From a bacterium (GTDB taxonomy: Bacteria; UBA8248): a stretch of 64,000 nucleotides of DNA. This document shows, piece by piece, positions 27,469-38,233 of the stretch. The first letter of the stretch is position 1. Every line of letters starts with the position of its first letter. The stretch is taken from assembly GCA_965221165.1 (NCBI GenBank), contig CBDCRP010000003.1, forward strand, positions 288,001-352,000, given 5' to 3'. The notes under the pieces are model-generated. The model was not told where the DNA came from and did no database searches. It was given only the letters and a program-made list of their open reading frames with translations. The position numbers and the translations under genes were made by a program.

Positions 27469-29433
27469 TTAAGCCTGCTTTTTTCTTCGCCGGCCCCATC
27501 GCTCGGGCAAAAAGCAAATGATGGAGCCGAGCGTGAAGACGATACCTCCCGCCCACACCCAGTTCACCAGCGGGTTGATCATGAACTTGAACGTGGCGGT
27601 GCCGTCGGAGTCCGCCTCGGCGAATACGGCGTAAATGTCCGAACGCGCCCCACGGCGGATGCCGGGTTCCGTCGTCGGCTGCGGGGGCGTGAAATACAGC
27701 CTTTTCTCCGGCTCCACCTCCCCGATGCGATACCCCGCCCGGTAGACGCCCAGGCGCGCGAAGGCGGAGCGGTATTGCGGCGTCGCGTTCTCGCGAATCC
27801 CCTCATAACGCATCCGCACGCCGTTTAACGCAAAACTCTCGCCCAGGCGCAGGCGCACCTCGCCCACCTCCTGATAGGCGGAGGACGCCGCCACGCCCAC
27901 GAACAATATCGCCATCCCCAGGTGAACGATGTAGCCCCCGAATCGCCTCTTGTTTCGCATGGTGAGCTCCCACGCGGCACGGGCGATGCGCTCTTCCTGG
28001 TGACGCACGCGCGAGGAGATTCCTCTCCAATACTCCAGGACGACCGTTCCCACCACGAACGCGCAGAGGCCGAACGCGAGCGTCGCATAGACGTGGCGAG
28101 CGCCGAAGAACACCAGGACGAGCAAGGCGCCCACGGCCACTACCGAGGGGTAGACGAAACTCTTGTTCATCTGTTTTCGCGACGTCTTGCGCCATGCGAA
28201 AAGGGGGCCCGCGCCGCAAAGCAATATCAGCAAAAGCCCTATCGGCACGTTCACCTGATTAAAAAACGGCGGCCCCACGGTGACCTTGATTCCCTTCACG
28301 GCTTCTGAGACGACCGGAAAAATCGTTCCCCAAAAAACGGCGAACGTCATGCCCACGAGCACGACGTTGTTGAGCAGAAAACTCGCTTCCCGCGAGAAGA
28401 AGCTCTCCATCTCGTGCTCGCTTTGAAGCCTGGGCAAGCGCCAGATCACCAGGGAGAAGGAGACGACGAGCGCCGCCAGCAAATAGGCCAGGAACGCCCA
28501 GCCGAACGATGAGTTCGCAAAAGCGTGCACGCTCGAGATGATGCCGCTTCTCGTCAGAAAGGTGCCGAATATCGTGAGGGCGTAGGTGATGATGATGAGC
28601 GAGACGTTCCAGACCTTGAGCATCCCGCGTTTTTCCTGAATCATCACCGAATGGAGAAAGGCGGTTCCCACGAGCCAGGGCATGAGGCTCGCGTTCTCCA
28701 CCGGATCCCACGCCCAGTATCCGCCCCAGCCCAACTCCTTGTAGGCCCATGCGCCGCCGAGCAGAATGCCGACCCCGTTGAAAAACCAGGCGAACAGCGC
28801 CCAGCGCCGCGTCGAGGTAATCCAGTCCGTGTCGAGCTTGCCGCTCGCCAGAGCGCCGATGCAAAACGCGAAGGGCACGGCGAAGCCCACATAGCCCAGA
28901 TACAGATTGGGCGGGTGAATCACCATCCCCCAGTCTTGCAGGAGAGGGTTCAGGCCGCGTCCATCCGAAGGCGGGGCGGCGAGCGTATCGAAAGGCGGTG
29001 TGACGAAATTCAGAATGACCAGGAAGAACAGCGCCGTGGCCATGAGCGTGGCCGTCACATAGGGCATCAACTCCAGGTTCTTGTCGCGGTTTTGCCGGAT
29101 GAGGACGAATGAATACACGCACAAGAGCAAAAGCCAGAGCAGCAGGCTCCCCTCCTGCCCTCCCCAGAACGCGCTGAAGCGATAAAAACCATTCAGCGTG
29201 TTGTTGACGTGCCCCGCCACGTACTCCACGCGGTAGTCGCGCACCATGAGCAAATAGACGAGGGCCGCGCTCGCGCCGCTCACCAGCCAGAAAACACAGA
29301 CGGCGGCGTTGCGGCCCGCAGCGATGAGGTCGGCCCTGCGCTTCTGGGCGCCGATGACGGCGGCGCCGATGGCGAACACCGCCAGGACGAGCGACGCCAG
29401 CAAGCTGTAGTGTCCGAACTGAATGGCGATCAA
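27469..29433 (-). CDS. ccmF: Cytochrome c heme lyase subunit CcmF
   Basis: WGGQEGSLLLW, GLNPLLQ, IHPP, WAYKELGWGGYWAWDPVENAS and TRSG..SVHAF motifs. Confidence 0.97.
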   Translation of the reverse strand: MIAIQFGHYSLLASLVLAVFAIGAAVIGAQKRRADLIAAGRNAAVCVFWLVSGASAALVYLLMVRDYRVEYVAGHVNNTLNGFYRFSAFWGGQEGSLLLWLLLLCVYSFVLIRQNRDKNLELMPYVTATLMATALFFLVILNFVTPPFDTLAAPPSDGRGLNPLLQDWGMVIHPPNLYLGYVGFAVPFAFCIGALASGKLDTDWITSTRRWALFAWFFNGVGILLGGAWAYKELGWGGYWAWDPVENASLMPWLVGTAFLHSVMIQEKRGMLKVWNVSLIIITYALTIFGTFLTRSGIISSVHAFANSSFGWAFLAYLLAALVVSFSLVIWRLPRLQSEHEMESFFSREASFLLNNVVLVGMTFAVFWGTIFPVVSEAVKGIKVTVGPPFFNQVNVPIGLLLILLCGAGPLFAWRKTSRKQMNKSFVYPSVVAVGALLVLVFFGARHVYATLAFGLCAFVVGTVVLEYWRGISSRVRHQEERIARAAWELTMRNKRRFGGYIVHLGMAILFVGVAASSAYQEVGEVRLRLGESFALNGVRMRYEGIRENATPQYRSAFARLGVYRAGYRIGEVEPEKRLYFTPPQPTTEPGIRRGARSDIYAVFAEADSDGTATFKFMINPLVNWVWAGGIVFTLGSIICFLPERWGRRRKKQA

Positions 29434-29502
29434 CTACAAACCCCCGGAATGGAGCGGATTTTCAAGATAGAGGAGATAAGGTCGTTCTGCGTGAACTCCA
29501 GG

Positions 29503-29979
29503 TCATCGAGCCGACGGCATTTCCTTTCGCTTCGCGGTTTTCTCCATCAAAGCCTTGTGGTCCGTCGGTATGTTTTCGCCCGCCTCCTTCATTTCCTCGA
29601 ACTTCGAGGGACATGCGACCATCAAATTCTTCGCCACCAGAATCCCCTTGTCGTTGAGCTTTCCCTCGGCAATGACCGGAAACCCGTTTTCGAGCAAATC
29701 GGGGGGAACCCCCTTGTAGCTGACGGCCAAGGTTTTCTCCTCGCCTTGTATATGGAAGGCGAGCTGCATGGCGTCGGGATTTTTCAGGAGCGTCCTGGGC
29801 ACGATCCTGCCCTGCACCCTGATGCCGCGACCACCCAGAGTCGGCGCCTTCCGGGACACTTCATCCACGGTCAGGAAATACACCAGATTCTCGCTCTGAA
29901 ACCCCGAGACGGCCAGATAGGCAAACGCGCTCAGGATGACAGCGCCCGCGATGAGAAATTTGATTTTCTGAACGCTCAT
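29503..29979 (-). CDS. ccmE: Heme chaperone CcmE, Cys-type (CPSKF)
   Basis: N-terminal TM helix, VYFLTVDE, IRVQG, YKGVPPDL, and ACPSKF at the heme-binding position. Confidence 0.9.
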   Translation of the reverse strand: MSVQKIKFLIAGAVILSAFAYLAVSGFQSENLVYFLTVDEVSRKAPTLGGRGIRVQGRIVPRTLLKNPDAMQLAFHIQGEEKTLAVSYKGVPPDLLENGFPVIAEGKLNDKGILVAKNLMVACPSKFEEMKEAGENIPTDHKALMEKTAKRKEMPSAR

Positions 29980-30089
29980 CCATTACCTCTCGGCGGCCAA
30001 CAACAGCGTCTTTCAAGAATACGACGCTCTTTTGTTTCTTTCAAGCAGGTCGAGATCATAACCCCCGGATAATTCAATATTTTTCAAAG

Positions 30090-30121
30090 AAAAACCGGCG
30101 GAGTCCGGAAAACCCCGCCGG
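30090..30121 (-). terminator. Rho-independent terminator after ilvC
   Basis: On the minus strand a CCGGCGG...CCGCCGG stem is followed by TTTTTCTTT. Confidence 0.7.
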
Positions 30122-30145
30122 CCTGAATTTCTCGAAAATGCCCTC

Positions 30146-31183
<1,038 letters not shown>

Positions 31184-31310
31184 GGCCTTTGGCCCTCCAG
31201 GATTCGCAGCCCTCGCCGCGCCGTCAAAAAACGATCAACATGGGCGGAAAACACCCGCCTCTCGAAAGGTAGTCGGCTTCTCGTGGGAAACCGCTGAAAA
31301 AAGAGACCCT

Positions 31311-31339
31311 AATCTAGGAGCCGGAAGCGGGAGCGTCAA
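31311..31339 (-). promoter_or_regulatory. Sigma70-type promoter for ilvC
   Basis: Minus strand TTGACG, 17 nt spacer, TAGATT. Confidence 0.65.
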
Positions 31340-31476
31340 GGCGCTCCAGACATCGGGGCGCGAATTCAAAAACGCCGCGTTCCTTCCTCGGACCCGTCCG
31401 CTCAAAAGCCCCCTGCGAATACCGCCCGGTCTATGGAGGAAGCGTTTTACTCTTCGGCAGAGGACCCGAGAGACGC

Positions 31477-31508
31477 AAAAAAGCCGAAGCAATACGCCCC
31501 GGCTTTTT
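31477..31508 (-). terminator. Rho-independent terminator after the desaturase gene, possibly bidirectional
   Basis: AAAAAAGCCGAAGC-AATAC-GCCCCGGCTTTTT hairpin with A and T tracts on either side. Confidence 0.75.
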
Positions 31509-31520
31509 AAGAATTCTCTT

Positions 31521-32981
31521 CTATATCGCAGAGGAGATGACGGGTCTTTCGATTCCCTTGAAGGCGACCGCAATCTCATCGGCCGCTTTCGAGGCCGCAT
31601 CCGCCGCTTCCTGCGCAAGCGCTTTTGCTCTTTCAGCCGCCTGATGAGCGGATTCCGTCGCCCTGTCCTTCGCATCCGCCAGATACGCGCTCGCTTGGGC
31701 TGAGAACTCGGCGGCTTCCGCCGCGGCGTATTTGGCCTGCTCGACGGCCGCCATCGCCAAATCCTTTGCCTTCTCCAGCATCTGGCGAACGGCCTGGTCG
31801 GTATTTTCTTCTTTATGCCGAAGCGCATGCGATGCATGCTCAAGGGCCGTACCGACCGATTCCATGGCTTTTCGGGCCGATTTCGCCGCAGCCTCGCTCG
31901 CTTCCGTCAACGAAGGCATCTGGGGCACTTCCAGCGGCATCGTCGGGTCCGTCATCGTGTGAAGCACTTCGGGCTGCGCTTTCACCGGAGCGGACCTTCT
32001 GGTCTCGGTGGCGCGCTCCGCCTCATCGTCCACCATGATGTCGAGCCTTTTCGCCACGACGCGCTTGCTCGGCTCCAGCACCCGCCACGCCAATCCCAGG
32101 AACTCCAGGGTCTTGATCAACCGGTAGGTGATGTCCACCTCGAACCACCGGTGGCCATGGGCCGCCGAGCGCTGGTCCGCATGGTGGTTGTTGTGCCATC
32201 CCTCGCCGAAGGATATCAGCGCGACGAGCCAGTTGTTGGTGCTTTCCTCATCCGTGTTGTAATTGCGGTAGCCGAAGGTGTGCGTCACCGAATTCACAGC
32301 CCAGGTGTTGTGCCACAAAACCACCGTCCGCACGAAAACGCCCCAGACGAGCCAGGACATGCCCAGGCCGCCGTACCATTCTCCGGCGTAATAAATCGCC
32401 ACCGCCGTCAGGACATAAATTACGAAAAAGTATCTATCGAAAAACCGCTGCCACGGGTCGCGGTGCAAATCCTTCGCGAAGCGCGAATACTCGTCGTAGG
32501 TGTGCGCGTCCGGCAAATTGACGAAAAGCCATCCCGCATGCGCCCACAGAAAATTCACGAGCGGGGAATGGGGGTCGGGCTCCTCGTCCGATTCCTTGTG
32601 ATGAATCCGGTGCATCGCCACCCACTCGATGGGTCCGCTCTGAAGCGCCTGACAGGCGCAAAACGTAAAGAAATACTCTAGCGGCTTATACGTCTGGAAG
32701 CTTCTGTGGGTCAGAAGCCGGTGATAGGAAATCGTCACTCCCACCATACCGGCCACGTAATACATGACGATTCCCACGACGAGACCGGAGACGCTGAAAT
32801 AATCCAAATTAAAAGCCATCAGGGCGAGCAGGTGAATCATCCCGATGACGATGATGGTGCTCCACTGGAGCTTTCTTTCGTCTTTTCTGTGAATAGCGAG
32901 GCTGTGCTTCTTCGGCACCGTAGACAAGAATTTTCTCCCGTTTTGGATATTCTTTCTTATAAGAGCATCCCAGAGTTTCAT
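31521..32981 (-). CDS. Delta-9 type membrane fatty acid desaturase with an Ala-rich helical C-terminal extension
   Basis: His boxes HRLLTH, HRIHH and HNNHH, plus NSVTH and GEGWHNNHH. About 170 extra residues follow the desaturase domain. Confidence 0.92.
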   Translation of the reverse strand: MKLWDALIRKNIQNGRKFLSTVPKKHSLAIHRKDERKLQWSTIIVIGMIHLLALMAFNLDYFSVSGLVVGIVMYYVAGMVGVTISYHRLLTHRSFQTYKPLEYFFTFCACQALQSGPIEWVAMHRIHHKESDEEPDPHSPLVNFLWAHAGWLFVNLPDAHTYDEYSRFAKDLHRDPWQRFFDRYFFVIYVLTAVAIYYAGEWYGGLGMSWLVWGVFVRTVVLWHNTWAVNSVTHTFGYRNYNTDEESTNNWLVALISFGEGWHNNHHADQRSAAHGHRWFEVDITYRLIKTLEFLGLAWRVLEPSKRVVAKRLDIMVDDEAERATETRRSAPVKAQPEVLHTMTDPTMPLEVPQMPSLTEASEAAAKSARKAMESVGTALEHASHALRHKEENTDQAVRQMLEKAKDLAMAAVEQAKYAAAEAAEFSAQASAYLADAKDRATESAHQAAERAKALAQEAADAASKAADEIAVAFKGIERPVISSAI

Positions 32982-33213
32982 TTCAGGTATGACAGACGAT
33001 CGGGCGATGTTGCCAAGTCAAGTTTTCGTCAAACCCAACGCTGTGCTGAATCTTGCCTATCATGGGCCAGACGGGCCCTGAAATCAAGTCCCTAAAAAGA
33101 AAGCAAGCCCCTCGGCGACGTATCTTTAACAAATCTTTATCTGTGGCACCCATGAGGGCGCGGAGCGAATTCAGACTACGAGGATTCCAAGCACATTCAA
33201 CGGCCATGGGGGC

Positions 33214-34050
33214 TCACACCTCGATATCGAGAAGATCGCGCCCGAGGATGACTTCTCCGTCGAAATCCCGCCGGACATCCTCCTCTATCGCGCGCATGAG
33301 GCTCTCCGGCTTCGCGCGAAAATGGGTCAGGACGAGTTTTTTGACGCCTGCGCCCGCCGCAATCTTTCCCGCCTGGGCCGAGGATGGAAACAGGTGCCGG
33401 GTCAGGCGTTCGGTGTGCGCATCGGTTACCTCCGCTTCGGCCAGATAACAACACAGGACGAGCACGTCCGCCCCGCGCGCCAGACGCGCCAGTCCCTCGC
33501 AGGGGACCGTATCCCCGCTGATGGCCACGACTTTCCCGTCCCCCTCCAGGCGGTAGCCCAGAGTCACCCAGTCGAAATCCGGGATTCCCAGGCCCTGCCC
33601 GTGCTCGACGAACTCCGCAAAAACCTTCCAGTCCCCTCCGTCATGGACCAGGCCCGCGCCGGTTTCGCTCACCGTCACCGGCTTCCATCCCCCTACGGCG
33701 GGCTCTCCCTCGGCCCGGAAACGAATGTCCCTGGCGTACACCCGATCGATAAGGGCGGAAACGATGTCCGCCGTTCCCGCCGGACCGAAAATGCGCAAAA
33801 CACCCGGACGGCCCTGGAGCCAGGTGCTCAGGATCACGTCGCCGAGATCGCTGATGTGATCGTAGTGATGGTGGGTGATGAAGACGGGATTCACCTGCCC
33901 GAGAGGCGCTCCCGCACGGACGAGTTGGGTGACCGCCCCGCGGCCGCAATCGAAGAGCAGCCACTCCTCCCCGACGCGGACTACGAGAGAAGAACCCTGG
34001 CGCGCCGGATCCGGCCGGGGGCCGCCCGTGCCGAGCAATGTGATCCTCAT
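33214..34050 (-). CDS. RNase Z/AtsA-like MBL-fold hydrolase
   Basis: ITLLGTGGP, LFDCGRG, THHHYDH, ISGDT and LVLTHF motifs. Overlaps the tctA stop codon. Confidence 0.88.
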   Translation of the reverse strand: MRITLLGTGGPRPDPARQGSSLVVRVGEEWLLFDCGRGAVTQLVRAGAPLGQVNPVFITHHHYDHISDLGDVILSTWLQGRPGVLRIFGPAGTADIVSALIDRVYARDIRFRAEGEPAVGGWKPVTVSETGAGLVHDGGDWKVFAEFVEHGQGLGIPDFDWVTLGYRLEGDGKVVAISGDTVPCEGLARLARGADVLVLCCYLAEAEVTDAHTERLTRHLFPSSAQAGKIAAGAGVKKLVLTHFRAKPESLMRAIEEDVRRDFDGEVILGRDLLDIEV

Positions 34051-35555
34051 TCTTCCTCCTCCCGAGGGAAGCGCGGGGTACCCTTTCCGCGCGTGAAAAA
34101 TGGATAGAGGAGAAGGATCGCCGAGACAATCCATGCGAGCAGGGCGAGGGGGTGCGCGATGAAGGTTTCATAGCTTCCGCGCGAGATGACGAGCGACTGG
34201 CGAACCTTTTCCTCGAACAACTGGCCCAGGACGAACGCGAGAACCAGCGGAGCCCCCGGATAGTCCAGTTTGCGCATCATATAGCCCAGGAGCCCGAAGA
34301 CCGCCATGAGCAGGACATCCATCGGGTTGTTGCTCACGCTGTAAGCGCCGATGCCGCAGAACAGAAGAATCATGGGCCACAGGTAGCGATAGGGCACGGT
34401 GAGCAGGCGCGCCCACATGCCCACCAGCGGCAGGTTGAGCAGGAGGAGCAATACGTTTCCGGTGTACATGCTCGTCACCACCCCCCAGAAGATGGTGGGG
34501 TGTTCGGTGATCAGGAGGGGGCCGGGCTGCACGCCATGGGTGAGAAAGGCCGCCGTAAGAACGGCCACCGCCGCGCTCGGGGCGATCCCCAGCGTGAGGA
34601 GGGGAATCATGCTGCCCGCCGTGGCGGAGTTGTTGGCCGCCTCCGGTCCCGCCACGCCCTCGATCACCCCTGTGCCGAACATCTCGGGTCTCTTGGAGAT
34701 GCGCCGCTCGAGCGAGTAGGAGAGAAAAGGGGGCACGATGGTGCCCATGCCGGGCAGTATCCCCATGAAAAAACCGATGACGCTCCCTCGCCCGATTGCC
34801 GGAGCCGAGTCCCGCCAATCCTGTCGCGTGGGCCACAACCCCTTGATGCGGCCCGTGAACACTTCCATCTTCTCCTTTTTCTCCAGGTTAATCAGCACCT
34901 CCGAGATGCCGAACAAGCCGATCACCAGAGGAGCGAAGCCCACCCCGTCCATCAGGGTGAAGGTGCCGAAATCATATCGCGGCGTGGATTCCACCGGGTC
35001 CAGGCCGACCGTGGAGAGGAGGAATCCGAGAAGAGCGGCCGCCGCGGCGCGCGGGCGCGAGCCGCCGCTGAACTGGATCACCAGCAAGAAGCTCAGGCAC
35101 AGGAGCGCGACCAGCTCCGGCGGGCCGATCTTCACCGCCATCTCGGCCAGGGGAGGCGCCATGAGCATGATGCCCAGAACGCCCAGCGTTCCCGCGATGA
35201 ACGAGCCCCAGGCGCAGATGGCGAGTGCCGGTCCCGCCCGCCCTTGCCGCGCCATCTGGTAGCCGTCCAGGGTGGTCACGACGGAAGACGCCTCGCCGGG
35301 CAGGTTGAGCAGAATGGACGTGGTGGAACCGCCGTACATCGCTCCGTAAAACACCCCCGCCATGATGATGATGGCGGCCGTGGGCTCCATCTTGATGGTG
35401 ATCGGGAGGAGGAGGGACATGGTGGCGACCGGGCCGAGGCCCGGAAGCACCCCGATGGCCGTCCCGACGAAGACGCCCATGAAGCAGGCGAACAGGTTGT
35501 GCGGGGCGAAGCTCACCGAGAAGCCGAAATAGAGGTTGGAGATAAAATCGCCCAT
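34047..35555 (-). CDS. tctA: Tripartite tricarboxylate transporter large permease
   Basis: GVLPGLG, YGAMYGGSTTSILLNLPGE, DGYQMA and GPEAANN motifs. Confidence 0.93.
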   Translation of the reverse strand: MGDFISNLYFGFSVSFAPHNLFACFMGVFVGTAIGVLPGLGPVATMSLLLPITIKMEPTAAIIIMAGVFYGAMYGGSTTSILLNLPGEASSVVTTLDGYQMARQGRAGPALAICAWGSFIAGTLGVLGIMLMAPPLAEMAVKIGPPELVALLCLSFLLVIQFSGGSRPRAAAAALLGFLLSTVGLDPVESTPRYDFGTFTLMDGVGFAPLVIGLFGISEVLINLEKKEKMEVFTGRIKGLWPTRQDWRDSAPAIGRGSVIGFFMGILPGMGTIVPPFLSYSLERRISKRPEMFGTGVIEGVAGPEAANNSATAGSMIPLLTLGIAPSAAVAVLTAAFLTHGVQPGPLLITEHPTIFWGVVTSMYTGNVLLLLLNLPLVGMWARLLTVPYRYLWPMILLFCGIGAYSVSNNPMDVLLMAVFGLLGYMMRKLDYPGAPLVLAFVLGQLFEEKVRQSLVISRGSYETFIAHPLALLAWIVSAILLLYPFFTRGKGTPRFPREEEE

Positions 35556-36016
35556 CAAAATCCCAGCAAACCCCGGGGGAAGTGCACGTTCAACACCTTG
35601 ACGAAGAGGAGAAAGGCCGCAGTTGAGGCGATCGCCGAGATCAGGAGACCCCGGAGAAAGGGCTGGCGGTCTACGGCGAGCCAGCAAAACGCCATGAAGA
35701 TGAAAGTCGTGGTCAGGAACCCGAACACTTCGAGTAGCAGCCCGAAGAGCGCAGTCCCCGCCATGACGGAGAAAACCCGCCGGCACCCGGCGAACGTAAA
35801 TACCGCCCCGGTCTCGGAGGACGCTTCCTCATCCGGACTCGGACGGAGGGATTGCGCCATCAGGCGCACCGAGGTGGCCGCGAGGCCCGCGCATATCCAA
35901 AAAGGGAAAAATCCCGGGCCGGGCCGGGTGATGCTCCCCAGCCCGAGCCGGAAGGCGAACCACCCCATCAGCAACGAAACGATGAGCAGCGCCGCGGGAG
36001 TGGCAATCCTGCGCAT
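35555..36016 (-). CDS. tctB: Tripartite tricarboxylate transporter small subunit
   Basis: PGPGFFP, four TM helices and a C-terminal FPRG; lies between tctC and tctA. Confidence 0.88.
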   Translation of the reverse strand: MRRIATPAALLIVSLLMGWFAFRLGLGSITRPGPGFFPFWICAGLAATSVRLMAQSLRPSPDEEASSETGAVFTFAGCRRVFSVMAGTALFGLLLEVFGFLTTTFIFMAFCWLAVDRQPFLRGLLISAIASTAAFLLFVKVLNVHFPRGLLGF

Positions 36017-36026
36017 GACGGCCGCT

Positions 36027-36995
36027 CTATTTTTTCTTGATGCCAACGGCCTTCATGATCTCCTTGGACGTATCGTGGTCCTGCCGGGCGAGCTTCTTCG
36101 CTCCCTCCCCGGACACGAATTCCACCCGGAAGCCCGCCTTGTTCAGCTTTTTCACCACCGCCGGGTCCGAAGCCGTCTTCTGGAGCGCTGCGGACAGTTT
36201 GGCGAGAACGGCCTTGGGAGTTCCCTTCGGCGCCCACAGACCGGCCCAGAGCCCGATGCTCGCTCGTCCGAGTCCCTTTTCCTTCAGGGTCGGAATCTGG
36301 GGAAACTTCGGGTCGCGCTTGTTGTCCGTGATGGCCAGACCCACCAGCTTGCCCGCCCGGAGGAGCGCCTGCATCGCGCCGAATCCGCCCGCCGAAAAAT
36401 CCACGTGGCCGCCCAGAGCGGCGTTCCGCGCGGGGCCTGAGCCCTTGTAATGCACCGGGGTGGCTTTCAAGCCCCGTATGGCGAGAACGGCCGCCATGGT
36501 GAGATAAGGCGCGGTCGGCGCTCCGCTCGTGCCGTAGTTCAGTTTTCCGGGATTTTTCTTGATGTAGGCGAGAAGACCATCCAGGTCCTTCCATCGCTTG
36601 TCGGGTTTGGAAACGATGCCCGTCGCGCCGAAGGCGTACGCGCCGATGTACTCGTAATCAGCCAATGCGAAAGGCAGGGTGCGCAGCGCCGTTCCTACGG
36701 TGAGGGGCGCGGACATGGTGGAGAGAATGGTGTAGCCGTCCGGCTTGGCCTTCTTGACGTAGGTGTAGGCGATGGCGCCGCCGGCGCCGGGCTTGTTGAT
36801 GAGTTGGATGGCGCCGCCGAAATTTTTCTGGAGGGCAGAATGGATGATGCGGATCGTGGTGTCCCCGGGTCCTCCCGGCGGGAAGGAGATGATGAACTGT
36901 ACGGGGTAGCGGGGATATTCCGCCGAATGCGCGCTCTGAAGCGGCAAACAAATCAGCGCAAGGACAAGCAGGAGAAACAGCGAACGACGTAGCAT
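36027..36995 (-). CDS. tctC: Tripartite tricarboxylate transporter substrate-binding protein (Bug/TctC)
   Basis: Signal peptide; FPPGGPGD, NKPGAGG, KPDGYT, VHYKGSG and PQIPTLKE motifs. Confidence 0.92.
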   Translation of the reverse strand: MLRRSLFLLLVLALICLPLQSAHSAEYPRYPVQFIISFPPGGPGDTTIRIIHSALQKNFGGAIQLINKPGAGGAIAYTYVKKAKPDGYTILSTMSAPLTVGTALRTLPFALADYEYIGAYAFGATGIVSKPDKRWKDLDGLLAYIKKNPGKLNYGTSGAPTAPYLTMAAVLAIRGLKATPVHYKGSGPARNAALGGHVDFSAGGFGAMQALLRAGKLVGLAITDNKRDPKFPQIPTLKEKGLGRASIGLWAGLWAPKGTPKAVLAKLSAALQKTASDPAVVKKLNKAGFRVEFVSGEGAKKLARQDHDTSKEIMKAVGIKKK

Positions 36996-37325
36996 GACAT
37001 TTTCCTCCATGCTGCAGGAAATGCGGGGAACTGCGCCGCCCGACCGAACCGGATCCCGCCCCCGATACATCTCCCTGGCTCAAAGATTGGAAAAACCTCT
37101 TCAGATGCGGATTGTACGTGGTTTCCGGGAGTGTACCAAAATGGTGCGCCGAGCGCCATCGGGCGAAATCGGCGCCTTCCGACCAAATTTGCTCCACCGC
37201 GCACCATGAGGGCGCGGCGCGCGAAAGTGAACACAGGAGAATTCACTCATCCGCGTTGTCATTTTCCTGATTCTCCCGTAAGAAACGAATTCCATATCTA
37301 AATGTCATCTTGCGAGGAGAACACC

Positions 37326-38210
37326 ATGCCCGAAGTGAAAACAAACGGCGTCAGACTGTACTATGAAGCCAGCGGCGAGGGTGCGCCCGTCGTCTTTGTT
37401 CACGAGTTCGCGGGCGACTGCCGCAGCTGGGAGGATCAGGTCCGGTATTTCAACCGCAGATACCGGGTCATCACCTACAACGCGAGAGGATTTCCGCCCT
37501 CCGAGGTGCCGGAAGACGCATCGCAATACAGCCAGGATATCGCCGTGAGCGACCTGGCCGGCCTCATCAGAGATTTGGACCTGGCGCCCGCCCACGTCGT
37601 GGGGCTTTCCATGGGTGGCTATGCGACCCTCCACCTCGGCCTGCGCCACCCCGAACTCACCCGTTCCATCGTCGTGGCCGGGTGCGGCTACGGCTCCGAA
37701 CTCGACAAGCGCGAGCAGTTTCAAAAAGACGCAGAAATCGTGGCCGATCGGTTCCTGAACGAGAGTATGGAGAAATTCGGCCCCGTCTACATCGCCGGAC
37801 CCACGCGAATGCAGCTCAAGAGAAAAGACATGATCGGCTATCAGAAATTCATCGATCACTTCATGAGCCACTCTCCTCTGGGTTGCTCCAACACGATGCG
37901 CGGGGTGCAAAGCGCGAGGCCTTCTGTCTATGAACTCGGGGAGCAGATGAAGAACTGCTCCGTGCCCACGCTCGTTCTGACGGGAGATGAGGATTACCCC
38001 TGTCTGGAGCCCGGGCTTTTCATGAAGCGCAACATCCAGACGGCCGCCCTCGTCACCTTCCCCAACGCCGGACACCTCATCAACCTCGAAGAACCCGCCA
38101 TGTTCAACCGGGTCGTTCTCGAGTTCATCACCGAGGTGGACGCCGGACGCTGGCCGACGCGCGACCCGCTCTCGATGGGGGAATCCGCGTTGCTGCCGGA
38201 TGAGGAATAG
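37326..38210 (+). CDS. Alpha/beta hydrolase
   Basis: VFVHEFAGD, nucleophile elbow GLSMGG, GDED and AGHLINLE motifs. Confidence 0.9.
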   Translation: MPEVKTNGVRLYYEASGEGAPVVFVHEFAGDCRSWEDQVRYFNRRYRVITYNARGFPPSEVPEDASQYSQDIAVSDLAGLIRDLDLAPAHVVGLSMGGYATLHLGLRHPELTRSIVVAGCGYGSELDKREQFQKDAEIVADRFLNESMEKFGPVYIAGPTRMQLKRKDMIGYQKFIDHFMSHSPLGCSNTMRGVQSARPSVYELGEQMKNCSVPTLVLTGDEDYPCLEPGLFMKRNIQTAALVTFPNAGHLINLEEPAMFNRVVLEFITEVDAGRWPTRDPLSMGESALLPDEE

Positions 38211-38233
38211 TTTTTCATGTCAAGGAGCAAGAC

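Noticed and set aside
31184-31310. Attenuator or leader peptide upstream of ilvC
   Set aside because: I saw no Ile/Leu/Val-rich short ORF and no T-box motif, only a small hairpin.
31235-31843. 202-aa Arg-rich minus-strand ORF and the 173-aa plus-strand ORF at 31182
   Set aside because: These are alternate frames of the Ala-rich desaturase tail and run across a clear terminator and the ilvC promoter.
34152-36440. 762-aa plus-strand ORF
   Set aside because: It is an antisense shadow of tctA/tctB/tctC, has no recognisable motifs, and such ORFs are typical of high-GC DNA.
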